From NCBI GenBank assembly GCA_043811915.1, contig JBDRMS010000004.1:1-45745 (forward strand): 45,745 bases of DNA, in the 5' to 3' direction. The first letter of the stretch is position 1; every line of letters starts with the position of its first letter. The notes beneath the pieces are model-generated. The model was not told where the DNA came from and made no database searches. It worked only from the letters and a program-made list of their open reading frames with translations. Shown piece by piece: positions 28,414 through 37,588 of the stretch. The position numbers and the translations under genes were made by a program. This stretch comes from a bacterium. Its GTDB lineage: Bacteria > Patescibacteriota > Andersenbacteria > UBA10190.

Positions 28414-29307
28414 ATGAAAGCGATTAATCGTTTGGGGCTTCAGGTAGCCGGCATTACGGCGGTGGTGCTGGCGGTGTTGTTTGGCTTGTATTGGGGAGGG
28501 CGGGCGCTGTTTTTGAAAGACAAAGAGGCGCCAGAGCAAGGAGCCGGCGAAGAGCAGTTGGCGCAGCAGCAGAAGGACAGCGACGGAGACGGAGTAGCTG
28601 ATTTGTTTGAAACGACATATTACAAAACTGATCCCAATAACCCCGACACGGACGGAGATGGAGTGTCTGACTTGGACGAAATAGTGGCGGGGAGGGACCC
28701 GTTGATTCCGGGTCCGAATGATGAGAGTAAGCCGGCAACGGGAAGCCAGGTGACCGAAGCGAAAACGTTTACCCAGCGCTATCTGGCCGGCCTGCCTGAC
28801 GATGCAGCGCGGGAAGACATCCTAGACCAGGCTAAATTGAGGGCGTTTGTGGAGGCTAATAGGGGGACATTGATGCCAACGATTACGGCTGATATGATAA
28901 TGACGACACAAGAGGCAGGGAAGGGCGCGGTGGCGACGTATTTAGACAACATATCTTCAACACACAATAACTCTTTGAAAGAGATAACAAGTGCGGACAT
29001 TGAGGCGGCTTTTCGCTTGCAGGTGAACGATCAGAACAAGCAGCCGATGAGCGATATAGTAACGGCGCTAACTAATAACGTGACGACGTTGAAAGCGGTG
29101 GCAACACCGGCAGAGGCAGTAGATATGCATCTCAAGCTGATAGCAGCCTCGCAGGCATTGCGCGACAACGCGGATTTGTTGTCCCGGGTAGACCAGGATT
29201 TTGTGGGGGCGTTGATTGCGGCGCAGAATATTGAGGATTTGGGGGCGGTGTTTCGGGAGCTGGCAAGTGAAGTAAAAGCGCTGGAGGGGAAGTATGGATT
29301 GGAATAA
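28414..29307 (+). CDS. Membrane-anchored protein with thrombospondin-type-3-like Ca-binding repeat
   Basis: DSDGDGVADLFE...TDPNNPDTDGDGVSDLDEI; paralog of 20529-21497. Confidence 0.75.
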   Translation: MKAINRLGLQVAGITAVVLAVLFGLYWGGRALFLKDKEAPEQGAGEEQLAQQQKDSDGDGVADLFETTYYKTDPNNPDTDGDGVSDLDEIVAGRDPLIPGPNDESKPATGSQVTEAKTFTQRYLAGLPDDAAREDILDQAKLRAFVEANRGTLMPTITADMIMTTQEAGKGAVATYLDNISSTHNNSLKEITSADIEAAFRLQVNDQNKQPMSDIVTALTNNVTTLKAVATPAEAVDMHLKLIAASQALRDNADLLSRVDQDFVGALIAAQNIEDLGAVFRELASEVKALEGKYGLE

Positions 29308-30820
29308 ATGGGTTGCGGCACTGGTTGTCGTGGCAGGAATACTGGGAGCTGTGAGAGCAGCCAAAGCGGATCCGCACGCCATGTTTTATACGGCCATCGG
29401 GCAGCAGCAGTTGTTCTATAACGTGCTGGCGGCGCTGGACCAGGCGGATTATGTGGAAACGCAATTTTCGCGGGAAGAGCTGGTAAAGGCACGAGGAGAA
29501 GAAAAAGCGACGCCACCTTTTAAGGACGAAGAGTTCCCTCTAACGGAGGCAACGAAGGTGGGACAGGAGACGGTGTCGGAAACGGACCCGGGTATTGCCG
29601 ATTTGCTGATGCGATCAATAACGCTGGAGGGAACTGATCAATACAACGACGAGCTGGTGCGCGAGTTCGGGGCGGAGTCGGGCCGGCGGAATGCCACCAG
29701 CGAGTTGCTGCGGGCGCTGTGCGACTATGGGCTGGGGTTTAAGGATTGTGAGAATGACAAAACAGGAATGACACCGGCGCAGATCGCGGAAGCAGAGGAT
29801 TACCGCCGGGGGGCTGTGGTTAGAGATCCGCTGGAGTGGAACATGCGGCCGATAACAGACGGGGTGCTGGCGGCTTTCTCATCAGGCACGGAAGCTGACA
29901 AGCAGGAACGCTTGAGAAGATTTTCAAAGCCTGAAGGGGAGAGAATGCCGATGGCCTATTCGCCAACGATTGCCAAATGGCGAAAAGAGATACTTAATGA
30001 CGCGTATAAGACGAAGCTATTGGATAAGGTATTAATAGACGTGGCCAGCACATACGTGCCGCCTGATTTTGAATTCCCCTACAAGAATTTCAAAATCAGC
30101 ACCGCGCCCGGCAGTTACGGGGAGACGGTGGTTGACTGTGCCCCGAAAAGCGCGTCGGATCCGCCAGAGTTTGATTGTCTAGAAAATACAGCCAGTAATG
30201 TTTTGTTCGCGCCCATGATAATGCAGGAGATTGCGACTAAGGCATATGACCGCATCGCCGCGCAGCAGAAAATGATGGAGGAACAAGGATTGCTGGCTGA
30301 CGTTACCCTTAAATCGAGCGAGTACGGCTTGCCAGGAGAAAGCTCTGTGCCTTCAACTGGTAATCCGGAGGAGTTGTCTGTGGTGGTGAAAAACCCGGTG
30401 GCGGTAAGGACGGGGGAGGTTTACAGCCTGCCGAACGCGCTGGCCATGCTGGACACCAGCCAGCAAGCCAGTTCACTGGCGGGGCTCGATAAGCCGGGCA
30501 GCCAGCAATTAGTGGAGCGAAGCGGGTCGTCAAGCAGTAGTCCTACCTGTAACTGTGTATCGCCTGGGGACCCCGATTATGACCCCAGTCTTCCTCTGTG
30601 TCAGACGGGTGATCCACAATGCAATGTACTGGGAACACTGAACCTGTTTGATCCTGGTAAGTATGAAAGGTATGACAAAGAGAAGGAACCGACGTCGCCG
30701 TCGGCTAATCTTATAGCCGGACACCTGGAGCAGGGGGCGGTACATGCTTTGCGAGTACTGACGGCCGGGAATTTCCGAAAGACGACGGGGGTGCCGACCT
30801 GCGGATATACCTGTTATTAA
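29294..30820 (+). CDS. Secreted hypothetical protein
   Basis: Signal peptide ending AKA|DP; Cys pairs and Ser-rich linker; overlaps the upstream gene by 14 nt. Confidence 0.7.
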   Translation: MDWNKWVAALVVVAGILGAVRAAKADPHAMFYTAIGQQQLFYNVLAALDQADYVETQFSREELVKARGEEKATPPFKDEEFPLTEATKVGQETVSETDPGIADLLMRSITLEGTDQYNDELVREFGAESGRRNATSELLRALCDYGLGFKDCENDKTGMTPAQIAEAEDYRRGAVVRDPLEWNMRPITDGVLAAFSSGTEADKQERLRRFSKPEGERMPMAYSPTIAKWRKEILNDAYKTKLLDKVLIDVASTYVPPDFEFPYKNFKISTAPGSYGETVVDCAPKSASDPPEFDCLENTASNVLFAPMIMQEIATKAYDRIAAQQKMMEEQGLLADVTLKSSEYGLPGESSVPSTGNPEELSVVVKNPVAVRTGEVYSLPNALAMLDTSQQASSLAGLDKPGSQQLVERSGSSSSSPTCNCVSPGDPDYDPSLPLCQTGDPQCNVLGTLNLFDPGKYERYDKEKEPTSPSANLIAGHLEQGAVHALRVLTAGNFRKTTGVPTCGYTCY

Positions 30821-30837
30821 ATTTGTCTGTGAAGATT

Positions 30838-32895
30838 ATGACCTGGCACAAAGTAATATCAACCGGCGGGTTGATGGTGTTTCTGATGATGGGATTAGCG
30901 CAGCCGCACGAGGCGGCGGCAGCGACACCGCCATTGTTAGTGCAGGAAACGGAGGCGCAGCTGGTGACGGCCGGCTGCGAGAGAGTGAAGGTGGCAGATG
31001 CTAAAGCGATGCAGGCGGCTGGAGCGTTGGACTGGCAGGCGGTGGTATCATCTGACGCCACGGGCGAGGCGCTGTTGTTTTGCCCGCCGTCAGTTGTCGG
31101 AGAGAACGGTCTGCCAAAAGGCGACGGACAAGTAGCCGGGTTAACGGCGTACGCCGCACAGAATGCTAATCCTCTTGATAATAGTTGGGACGAGTGGCTG
31201 CAGAGAGCCGTGCGATACATGTTGCCTGGAGCAGGGCTTTTGGCTGAAATAAATGATGCTGTTGCCTTCGTTTTTTGGCTATTCTTTACTTTCCTTGCCA
31301 AAGTAGCGCAGTGGCTAATTTATACTTTATCCACTTATATAGAGCCCCTTTTGTCGTTAAGCAGCTTTGTTAATAACGAAGTGGTGCGGAAGGCATGGCC
31401 GGTGGTCTTGGGAGTCGCGAACATGGGGTTCCTGCTGGCCCTGGTTCTTATTGCTTTACTCACGACCCTGCGCTTGGAGGTGGGGGGCGGAGTGAGGCGG
31501 CTTTTGCCCCGGCTTTTGATAGCGGCGCTCTTGGTCAACTTCAGCTTGGTTATAGGCGGGGTGATTCTTGATGCCTCGCGAATAATTATGGCGCTGATAC
31601 CGCCTATCTTTGACAGTAGTTTTGATAGCATGGCGACCATGCTGGTACTGAAGGCTAACATGGCCATAATTTTTTATAATGTACAACAGTCATTGGCAAC
31701 GGGATTTTCACTTGATAGCGCTGCTTTAAGTTACATAAATCCAGTCAAGGGGTGGGATCAAGTTTTGGCCACTATACTTAACGCAGTAGTAGCATGGATT
31801 ATAGCGTTGGCATTGGCGGTGGTGATAGTTGGCCTGTTGATACGTTACCTTATGCTTCTTTTGTTGTTGATTGTCTCGCCGCTGGCCTACCTATTTGTAG
31901 CCCTTCCGGGAGCGAGCGGGTTGGCCAAGCGTTGGTGGACAATGTTTATGCGCTACGTGATTTACGGGCCAGTAGTGTTGTTTATTCTTATGGCAGCGCT
32001 GAGCGTTGATGAACTGATTGATGTTGGTGGCTTTTTTGATGTCAGCAACGCCAATGAGGAGATAGCAATTAGACAAAGAGCTTATTGGGAGATCTTGGGA
32101 GCAGCGGTTTTTTCCGCAGCGTTGGTCGCGGCAGCGATGGCCGGACGGTACGCGGGCATCGTTGGCTCGGCGACGGCCATTGGCATAGCCACGGGGACGG
32201 GAAGAAGAGTAAGAGGGATAGCGTACGGGGGGGCTAAAGGAATAGCGAAGGGCGTGGCGGCGCCGGTGACAGTGCCGGCCCGATTTGCAGCGAAAGAGGG
32301 TCGCAGGTATCTAGGCAAACAAGCACAAGGGTTTCTGGGAGCGGCCGGCGCCAGAATCATGGCCGGGTTTGGTTATGGAAAAGGGGCCCCACCGCCGGGG
32401 AAGAAGCTGGGGGAGAGGGTATTTGGCAAGCCGCTCACACGGGAGCAGAGAGGTCAGGCTGCTGCCGCTAAAGCGTTTGTGCCGACGGGGGCTACCCAGG
32501 CGCAGAGAGATGCCTCGGTTCGCGGTTCAACCGCTTGGACTCCCAATTCACTACGCCAAGAGCATGTAGGAGGATCGCTTTCACAAGCACAGCGCGAATC
32601 TATTATGGATATGGAGAATACCAAAGAAAATAGGGCATACAAGGTGGCGCTGGCTGGCAACGCCGAGGCGGTTAAAAACATGACGGCGGGGGAGAGAAGC
32701 AAGATTGAAATGCTTGACGTCAACATGCGGGTTGACTTGCCAACTACGGGGGTGGACGACGCCACGGCGGCGGCCAACGGGGACCAAAACAGGAAAAACG
32801 CGATTGAAAATGAGATTAATCGGGCAACACAAAAAGCATATTACAGTTCGCTTGACAGGCTGCATAGGCAAAGCCAGGCACCAACAACGCCCTAG
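30838..32895 (+). CDS. VirB6/TrbL-like polytopic T4SS membrane protein
   Basis: W..VLGVANMGF, LPRLLIAALLVNFS, RYLMLLLLLIVSPLAY, KRWW..F; Gly/Ala-rich cytoplasmic tail; upstream of PrgI and VirB4. Confidence 0.75.
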   Translation: MTWHKVISTGGLMVFLMMGLAQPHEAAAATPPLLVQETEAQLVTAGCERVKVADAKAMQAAGALDWQAVVSSDATGEALLFCPPSVVGENGLPKGDGQVAGLTAYAAQNANPLDNSWDEWLQRAVRYMLPGAGLLAEINDAVAFVFWLFFTFLAKVAQWLIYTLSTYIEPLLSLSSFVNNEVVRKAWPVVLGVANMGFLLALVLIALLTTLRLEVGGGVRRLLPRLLIAALLVNFSLVIGGVILDASRIIMALIPPIFDSSFDSMATMLVLKANMAIIFYNVQQSLATGFSLDSAALSYINPVKGWDQVLATILNAVVAWIIALALAVVIVGLLIRYLMLLLLLIVSPLAYLFVALPGASGLAKRWWTMFMRYVIYGPVVLFILMAALSVDELIDVGGFFDVSNANEEIAIRQRAYWEILGAAVFSAALVAAAMAGRYAGIVGSATAIGIATGTGRRVRGIAYGGAKGIAKGVAAPVTVPARFAAKEGRRYLGKQAQGFLGAAGARIMAGFGYGKGAPPPGKKLGERVFGKPLTREQRGQAAAAKAFVPTGATQAQRDASVRGSTAWTPNSLRQEHVGGSLSQAQRESIMDMENTKENRAYKVALAGNAEAVKNMTAGERSKIEMLDVNMRVDLPTTGVDDATAAANGDQNRKNAIENEINRATQKAYYSSLDRLHRQSQAPTTP

Positions 32896-32897
32896 CT

Positions 32898-33383
32898 ATG
32901 ATAGATTGGCAGCTATTTATGGCAAAGCCGCTGGGGTCGGTGCTTACACGCCCGCCGCTGGAGCAAGACCAGCTAATCGAAAAATCTTTTACTTTGCCAC
33001 GGCCGGTTAAGAGTTTATTCAATGCGGAAAGAACGGGAGCTTACATTATAGGTTTGGCCAAGGCGTATAGGTTATCAACTGACCAGGCTCACAGTATTGC
33101 CCTTATGATTCTTACGGTTGGCCTAGGCGAAAAGACGCTGGCGCAGCTGGCCAGTTTGTTGTCGACGGAGCTGAAGCTGTCGAATGATAAGGCGCAGAAG
33201 ATGGCGCGGGAGATTGAGGAGGATTTGTTCGGGCCGGTGATGAAGGAGTTGGAGGAATACTGGCAACGGCAGAAGAGCGGCCCGCCTGCGCCAGAGGCTT
33301 CGGCGGGTGAAACGGGGGCGCGCAATGTGCTTAACCTGAAAGAGCAGAAAAAGCCGCCGGCACCGCCGCCGATGCCGAGATGA
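32898..33383 (+). CDS. Hypothetical helical protein preceding PrgI
   Basis: LSTELKLSNDKAQKMAREIEEDLFGPV; stop overlaps the PrgI start (ATGA). Confidence 0.7.
   Translation: MIDWQLFMAKPLGSVLTRPPLEQDQLIEKSFTLPRPVKSLFNAERTGAYIIGLAKAYRLSTDQAHSIALMILTVGLGEKTLAQLASLLSTELKLSNDKAQKMAREIEEDLFGPVMKELEEYWQRQKSGPPAPEASAGETGARNVLNLKEQKKPPAPPPMPR
33281..33307 (+). repeat. Palindromic repeat copy 3 (in frame)
   Basis: CCCGCCTGCGCCAGAGGCTTCGGCGGG, translated (G)PPAPEASAG. Confidence 0.8.
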
Positions 33384-33826
33384 GATACCAGGTTCCACAG
33401 TTCGTCGACATTCAGGACCGGATTATTGGTCCGCTGACGCTGAAGCAGTTTCTTTTTTATATGGCGGCAGGAATGTTGCTGGTGCCGGTTTATTTTTTGT
33501 CCGACCTGGGCCTATTCTTGAGCGTAGCTATTCCTACAGTGGGCGTGGCGGCGGCTTTTGCCCACATACACTGGCGGGGACAAACTTTTGCGTCGTTATT
33601 GTCGCACGGGTTGCGATATTTTACGGGGGAGCGCATGTATCTGTGGCGGCGAGAAGCCGGAGCGGGCAGTGTACACATTGCCGGCAGTGAGTATGAGGAG
33701 TTTACCGAGGCGGTGCCTATTACCACTTCGGCTCTGGACGCGGTGGTGCAAACGCTGAACACGCAAGGGAATATTATTGCCCAGGACGCAGCAGATCCGC
33801 TGCTGGAGGAAGAAGGAGCTAAGTAG
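33380..33826 (+). CDS. prgI: PrgI-family (VirB3-like) protein
   Basis: MRYQVPQFVDIQDRIIGPLTLKQF signature plus two TM segments. Confidence 0.85.
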   Translation: MRYQVPQFVDIQDRIIGPLTLKQFLFYMAAGMLLVPVYFLSDLGLFLSVAIPTVGVAAAFAHIHWRGQTFASLLSHGLRYFTGERMYLWRREAGAGSVHIAGSEYEEFTEAVPITTSALDAVVQTLNTQGNIIAQDAADPLLEEEGAK

Positions 33827-33838
33827 TACACTAGCTTC

Positions 33839-34570
33839 ATGCGCAGTGCGGATAAGAAGGGTAAGCCGACGCAACAGCTAGTGCCGCTCAAGGAAGTGCG
33901 TGATGGCATTGCTGTTCTGTCGGATGGAACCTTGCGGTCTATATTGATCGTATCGTCGCTTAACTTCGCCCTTAAGTCAGAGGATGAGCAGAATGCTATT
34001 GTGCTTGCTTTTCAGGATTTTTTGAATTCACTCGACTTTCCGGTGCAGATTACGGTTGTGTCGCGCAAACTGGATATCACTCCTTATTTAGAGGAATTGC
34101 GAGGCCGCAAAGAGGGGCAGAGTAATGAGTTGCTGCGCCTGCAAATGGATGAATATATAAATTTTGTGGCTGAATTGGTAAAAGGCAGCGATGTTATGGC
34201 CAAAACGTTTCTGGTAACGGTGCCGTTTTCGGTGCAGCAAAGTCGGCAAGATAATTTTTTGCAACGTTTTATCAAGAGCTTGAAAAATATCGGCAAAAAG
34301 TCGCCACAGGTATCAGAAGCGGACTTCGTGCACTACCGGTCGCAATTGTTGCAGCGGGTAGAGCAGGTGGCGGTGGGTCTGCGCGGGGTGGGACTTCGGC
34401 TGGTACCGCTACAAACCCAGGAGATGTTGGAGCTATTTTATGACACTTTCAACCCGGCCACATCGCGTAATCAGCCACTCGGTAATGCGGCTCAATTGAA
34501 AGTGAGGGAGACAGAATCACATGAGTTGGTAGCAGAGGAGGCTAATAAGAAGCCGTGGGCGGGAAAATAA
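33839..34570 (+). CDS. TraC/VirB4 N-terminal-like protein
   Basis: NFALKSEDEQNAI...FQDFLNSLDFPVQI..SRKLD, L.L.Y..FNP; sits between PrgI and the ATPase. Confidence 0.75.
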   Translation: MRSADKKGKPTQQLVPLKEVRDGIAVLSDGTLRSILIVSSLNFALKSEDEQNAIVLAFQDFLNSLDFPVQITVVSRKLDITPYLEELRGRKEGQSNELLRLQMDEYINFVAELVKGSDVMAKTFLVTVPFSVQQSRQDNFLQRFIKSLKNIGKKSPQVSEADFVHYRSQLLQRVEQVAVGLRGVGLRLVPLQTQEMLELFYDTFNPATSRNQPLGNAAQLKVRETESHELVAEEANKKPWAGK

Positions 34571-34584
34571 TTAATATACGAGAT

Positions 34585-36426
34585 ATGCCAAATATATTAG
34601 GTTTTGAAATTAGCAAGAAACAAAACGGAGCCAGGAAGAAAAAAGAGTTCACAACCCCGGAAGAGCAGGCCGAAGAGAGACAATTTGAAGAAGGGGTGGC
34701 GAGTCTGAAAGACATTCTGGCGCCAGCAGCTTTTCAGGTCAACCCGGGACATCTGGAAATTGACGGTAAGTTTGCTACGACATTGTTTGTAATGACTTAT
34801 CCACGCTATCTGGAAACTAATTGGCTTTCTCCTATCATTAATTTTGATATTGAGTTTGATATGAGTATGTTTATTTATCCCCAGGAGTCGGCCACGGTGC
34901 TAAAACAAATGAAACGGCAGGTAACCCAGGTGGCGGCCTCTATTTCTATGCGGGCAGAGAAAGGAAAAGTGCGAGACCCGCAACTGGAAACGGCCTATCG
35001 TGATATTGAAGAGCTACGTGATAGATTAGTACAAGGAACGGAACGATTTTTTCAGTACAGTTTGTACCTGACGATTTATGGAGATACCAAAGAGGAATTG
35101 GACGAAGTCGCAGCCCAGGTCGAGGTATTGCTGGAGGGAAGGCTGGTGTATGTTAAGCCAGCACTGTTTCAGGCCAAGGAAGGTTTTTTGTCTACGCTGC
35201 CGTTGGGACATGATAAGCTGGTGCGCTCAACTAATATGAGCTCCTCATCGCTTTCCACTACATTTCCTTTTGTCAGTTCAGACCTGACCAGTAACAACGG
35301 TATTTTGTACGGTGTTAACCTACACAATAACAGCTTGATATTGTTTGATCGTTTTAGTCTGGAGAATGCCAATATGGTTATCTTCGCCAAATCGGGCGCG
35401 GGCAAGTCGTATTTGGCGAAGTTGGAGATTTTGCGGCAGCTGATGTTCGACACGGAAGTTATTGTCATAGACCCGGAGCAGGAGTATCGCTACCTGTCTG
35501 ATTCGGTAGGGGGAGCGTATTTGCGCATTGCCACGGCTTCGGATCACCGGATTAATCCTTTCGACCTGCCGGAATTAAATGAGGACGATGAACCGGAGGC
35601 GGTACTGCGCGAGAATATAACGCGCTTAACCGGCCTTATTTCATTAATGGCAAGCGGTTTTACGCCGGAAGAACAGTCGGTGGCAGACAGAGCATTGTGG
35701 GAAACGTATGCTCTGAAAGATATAACAAGGGGGGCGCGCTGGCAGCGCCCGGAGACTCCGACACTGCAGGATTTCTACACGGTGGTTAACGACATGGAGG
35801 GCGGGGCGAATATTGCGCTCCGGCTGGAGCGTTTTGTGGAAGGAACGTATGCGGGAGTGTTTAACCGACCGACTAATGTTGATCTAAATAAGCAGCTGGT
35901 GGTATTTAATGTGCGGGATATGGAAGAAGAGCTGCGGCCAATCGCCATGTACGTGGTGCTGGGCTTTATTTGGAATAAGGTGAGAAGCTCGCTGAAGCGA
36001 CGGGTGCTGGTGGCTGATGAGGCGTGGGTCCTTATGCAGCACGAGGAGTCAGCCAAGTTTTTGTTTTCTATTGCCAAGCGGGCTCGTAAATACTACTTGG
36101 GCGTAACAACTATTACCCAGGATATTCAGGACTTTTTGGGTTCCCAGTACGGCAAGCCGATTGTGACTAATTCTTCATTGCAACTACTGCTGCGGCAGTC
36201 GCCGGCGGCAATTGACTTGCTGGCCGAAGTTTTTTACTTAACGGATCATGAGAAGTTTCGCCTGCTGGAGAGTGATGTGGGCGAAGGTCTTTTCTTCGCC
36301 GGATTAAAGCACGTGGCCATTAAAGTGGTGGCCAGTTATGCCGAAGACCAGGTGATAACGTCCGATCCGCAGCAGGTGCTGGCGATTGAAGCAGCCAAGC
36401 GAGAGTTGGCGCAAGCGGGAGGGTGA
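34585..36426 (+). CDS. virB4: VirB4/TraC-family T4SS ATPase
   Basis: Walker A AKSGAGKS, IDPEQEY, INPFD, Walker B VADEAW, RARKY, ITQ; start ATG 34585. Confidence 0.92.
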   Translation: MPNILGFEISKKQNGARKKKEFTTPEEQAEERQFEEGVASLKDILAPAAFQVNPGHLEIDGKFATTLFVMTYPRYLETNWLSPIINFDIEFDMSMFIYPQESATVLKQMKRQVTQVAASISMRAEKGKVRDPQLETAYRDIEELRDRLVQGTERFFQYSLYLTIYGDTKEELDEVAAQVEVLLEGRLVYVKPALFQAKEGFLSTLPLGHDKLVRSTNMSSSSLSTTFPFVSSDLTSNNGILYGVNLHNNSLILFDRFSLENANMVIFAKSGAGKSYLAKLEILRQLMFDTEVIVIDPEQEYRYLSDSVGGAYLRIATASDHRINPFDLPELNEDDEPEAVLRENITRLTGLISLMASGFTPEEQSVADRALWETYALKDITRGARWQRPETPTLQDFYTVVNDMEGGANIALRLERFVEGTYAGVFNRPTNVDLNKQLVVFNVRDMEEELRPIAMYVVLGFIWNKVRSSLKRRVLVADEAWVLMQHEESAKFLFSIAKRARKYYLGVTTITQDIQDFLGSQYGKPIVTNSSLQLLLRQSPAAIDLLAEVFYLTDHEKFRLLESDVGEGLFFAGLKHVAIKVVASYAEDQVITSDPQQVLAIEAAKRELAQAGG

Positions 36427-37019
36427 TGATGGCGGAGTCCCAAGAAGAAGAACGGCGAGCGGAAAAAGAGGAGCAGCGAACGGCACGCAAAGAAAGGCAA
36501 AGGGAGAGGGAGCTTAAGATGTTGAAACAGGCACAGAAAAGAGTGGGGCAAGCAACGGGGCAGACGGTTGGACGAGGAGCGCAGGCAGCTACATATGGTG
36601 CGGCTACAGCGGCGGATGTGGCGGCCACGCCGGTGCACGTGGCAACTTTAGGCGCTACAAAAGCGGCGACGGCGGCGGGCAAAAAGGCGGCGACGGCGGC
36701 AGCTTACAGAGCAGGCAAACTAGCGGGTAGAGAGGCGGGAAAAGCTCCGTTTCGGCCGGCGGTGGCTCTGCAGAAAAGGCGAGTAGGGAGAGCCAAGGCG
36801 GCGCATCGGCGGGCACAAGAAGATTTAGCGGAAGCGAGGGCGGCGCGGGAGGAGGAAGGAGGGGAGAGAGCGGCAGATGAGCGGCTGCTAAAAATTGGTT
36901 TTAAGGTTTTAAAAAAATCGGCCGGGATTATTTTAGGGGTGTTGGCGTCGCTGGTAGTTGGCTTCCTAATGCTGATGCTTTTGATAATAGTGGCGGTAAT
37001 AGTGGTAGTATTGTTATAG
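36423..37019 (+). CDS. Ala/Arg-rich protein with C-terminal TM segment
   Basis: Overlaps the virB4 stop; KAATAAG repeats; hydrophobic C-terminus. Confidence 0.6.
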   Translation: MMMAESQEEERRAEKEEQRTARKERQRERELKMLKQAQKRVGQATGQTVGRGAQAATYGAATAADVAATPVHVATLGATKAATAAGKKAATAAAYRAGKLAGREAGKAPFRPAVALQKRRVGRAKAAHRRAQEDLAEARAAREEEGGERAADERLLKIGFKVLKKSAGIILGVLASLVVGFLMLMLLIIVAVIVVVLL

Positions 37020-37027
37020 GGTCTATT

Positions 37028-37588
37028 ATGAGGAGAGGAAGAATAAATAAATTATTATTGGGGAGCATAATTGTGGCGGTGGCAGGATGGCTGGCGGCGC
37101 CAAGCGTCCTGCTAGCCCAGGAAGGAAAAGCATGCACCCCGGGAGGATATGCTGTTTGCCCCGCCAACTATATTTGCAAGAAAAAAACGCCAAGTGCTGG
37201 TTTTACATGTGAGTGCGCCTGGGGTGATATAGAAGTAGGTTTGCCTGGCAAAAAAATAAATATTGGGGATAGTATTTGTACTCTCGTGACTTCTTCAGGC
37301 GGAGGGCCTGGTTGGTTTGTTCAACAGATTGTTACAGCCATGATAGCGCTGACGGTTATGGCGGCCTTGGTCAGTATTGTGGTTGGCGGATATATCTATA
37401 TGACGGCGGGGGGGAGCGGAGACAGGGTGCGGACAGCAAAAATATGGATAGGGTCGGCGATACTGGGGATTATTCTGGCGCTGCTGGCGTGGTTAATTCT
37501 GGCCTCTATTGCAAGTAATTTGGTGTCATTTTCTACTCCCTCCTCACCCTCCACTTCTCCTTCTTCGCCAACAAGTACGCCATACTAA
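37028..37588 (+). CDS. VirB2/TrbC-like T4SS pilin with Cys-rich N-terminal module
   Basis: Signal ..VLLA|Q, Cys module, IVVGGYIYMTAGGSGDRVRTAK.WIGSAILGIILAL; Ser/Thr/Pro tail. Confidence 0.8.
   Translation: MRRGRINKLLLGSIIVAVAGWLAAPSVLLAQEGKACTPGGYAVCPANYICKKKTPSAGFTCECAWGDIEVGLPGKKINIGDSICTLVTSSGGGPGWFVQQIVTAMIALTVMAALVSIVVGGYIYMTAGGSGDRVRTAKIWIGSAILGIILALLAWLILASIASNLVSFSTPSSPSTSPSSPTSTPY

Noticed and set aside
30838-37588. T4SS genes as a conjugative element or prophage
   Set aside because: No integrase, relaxase, coupling protein, att repeats or phage genes in the window; composition matches the housekeeping region
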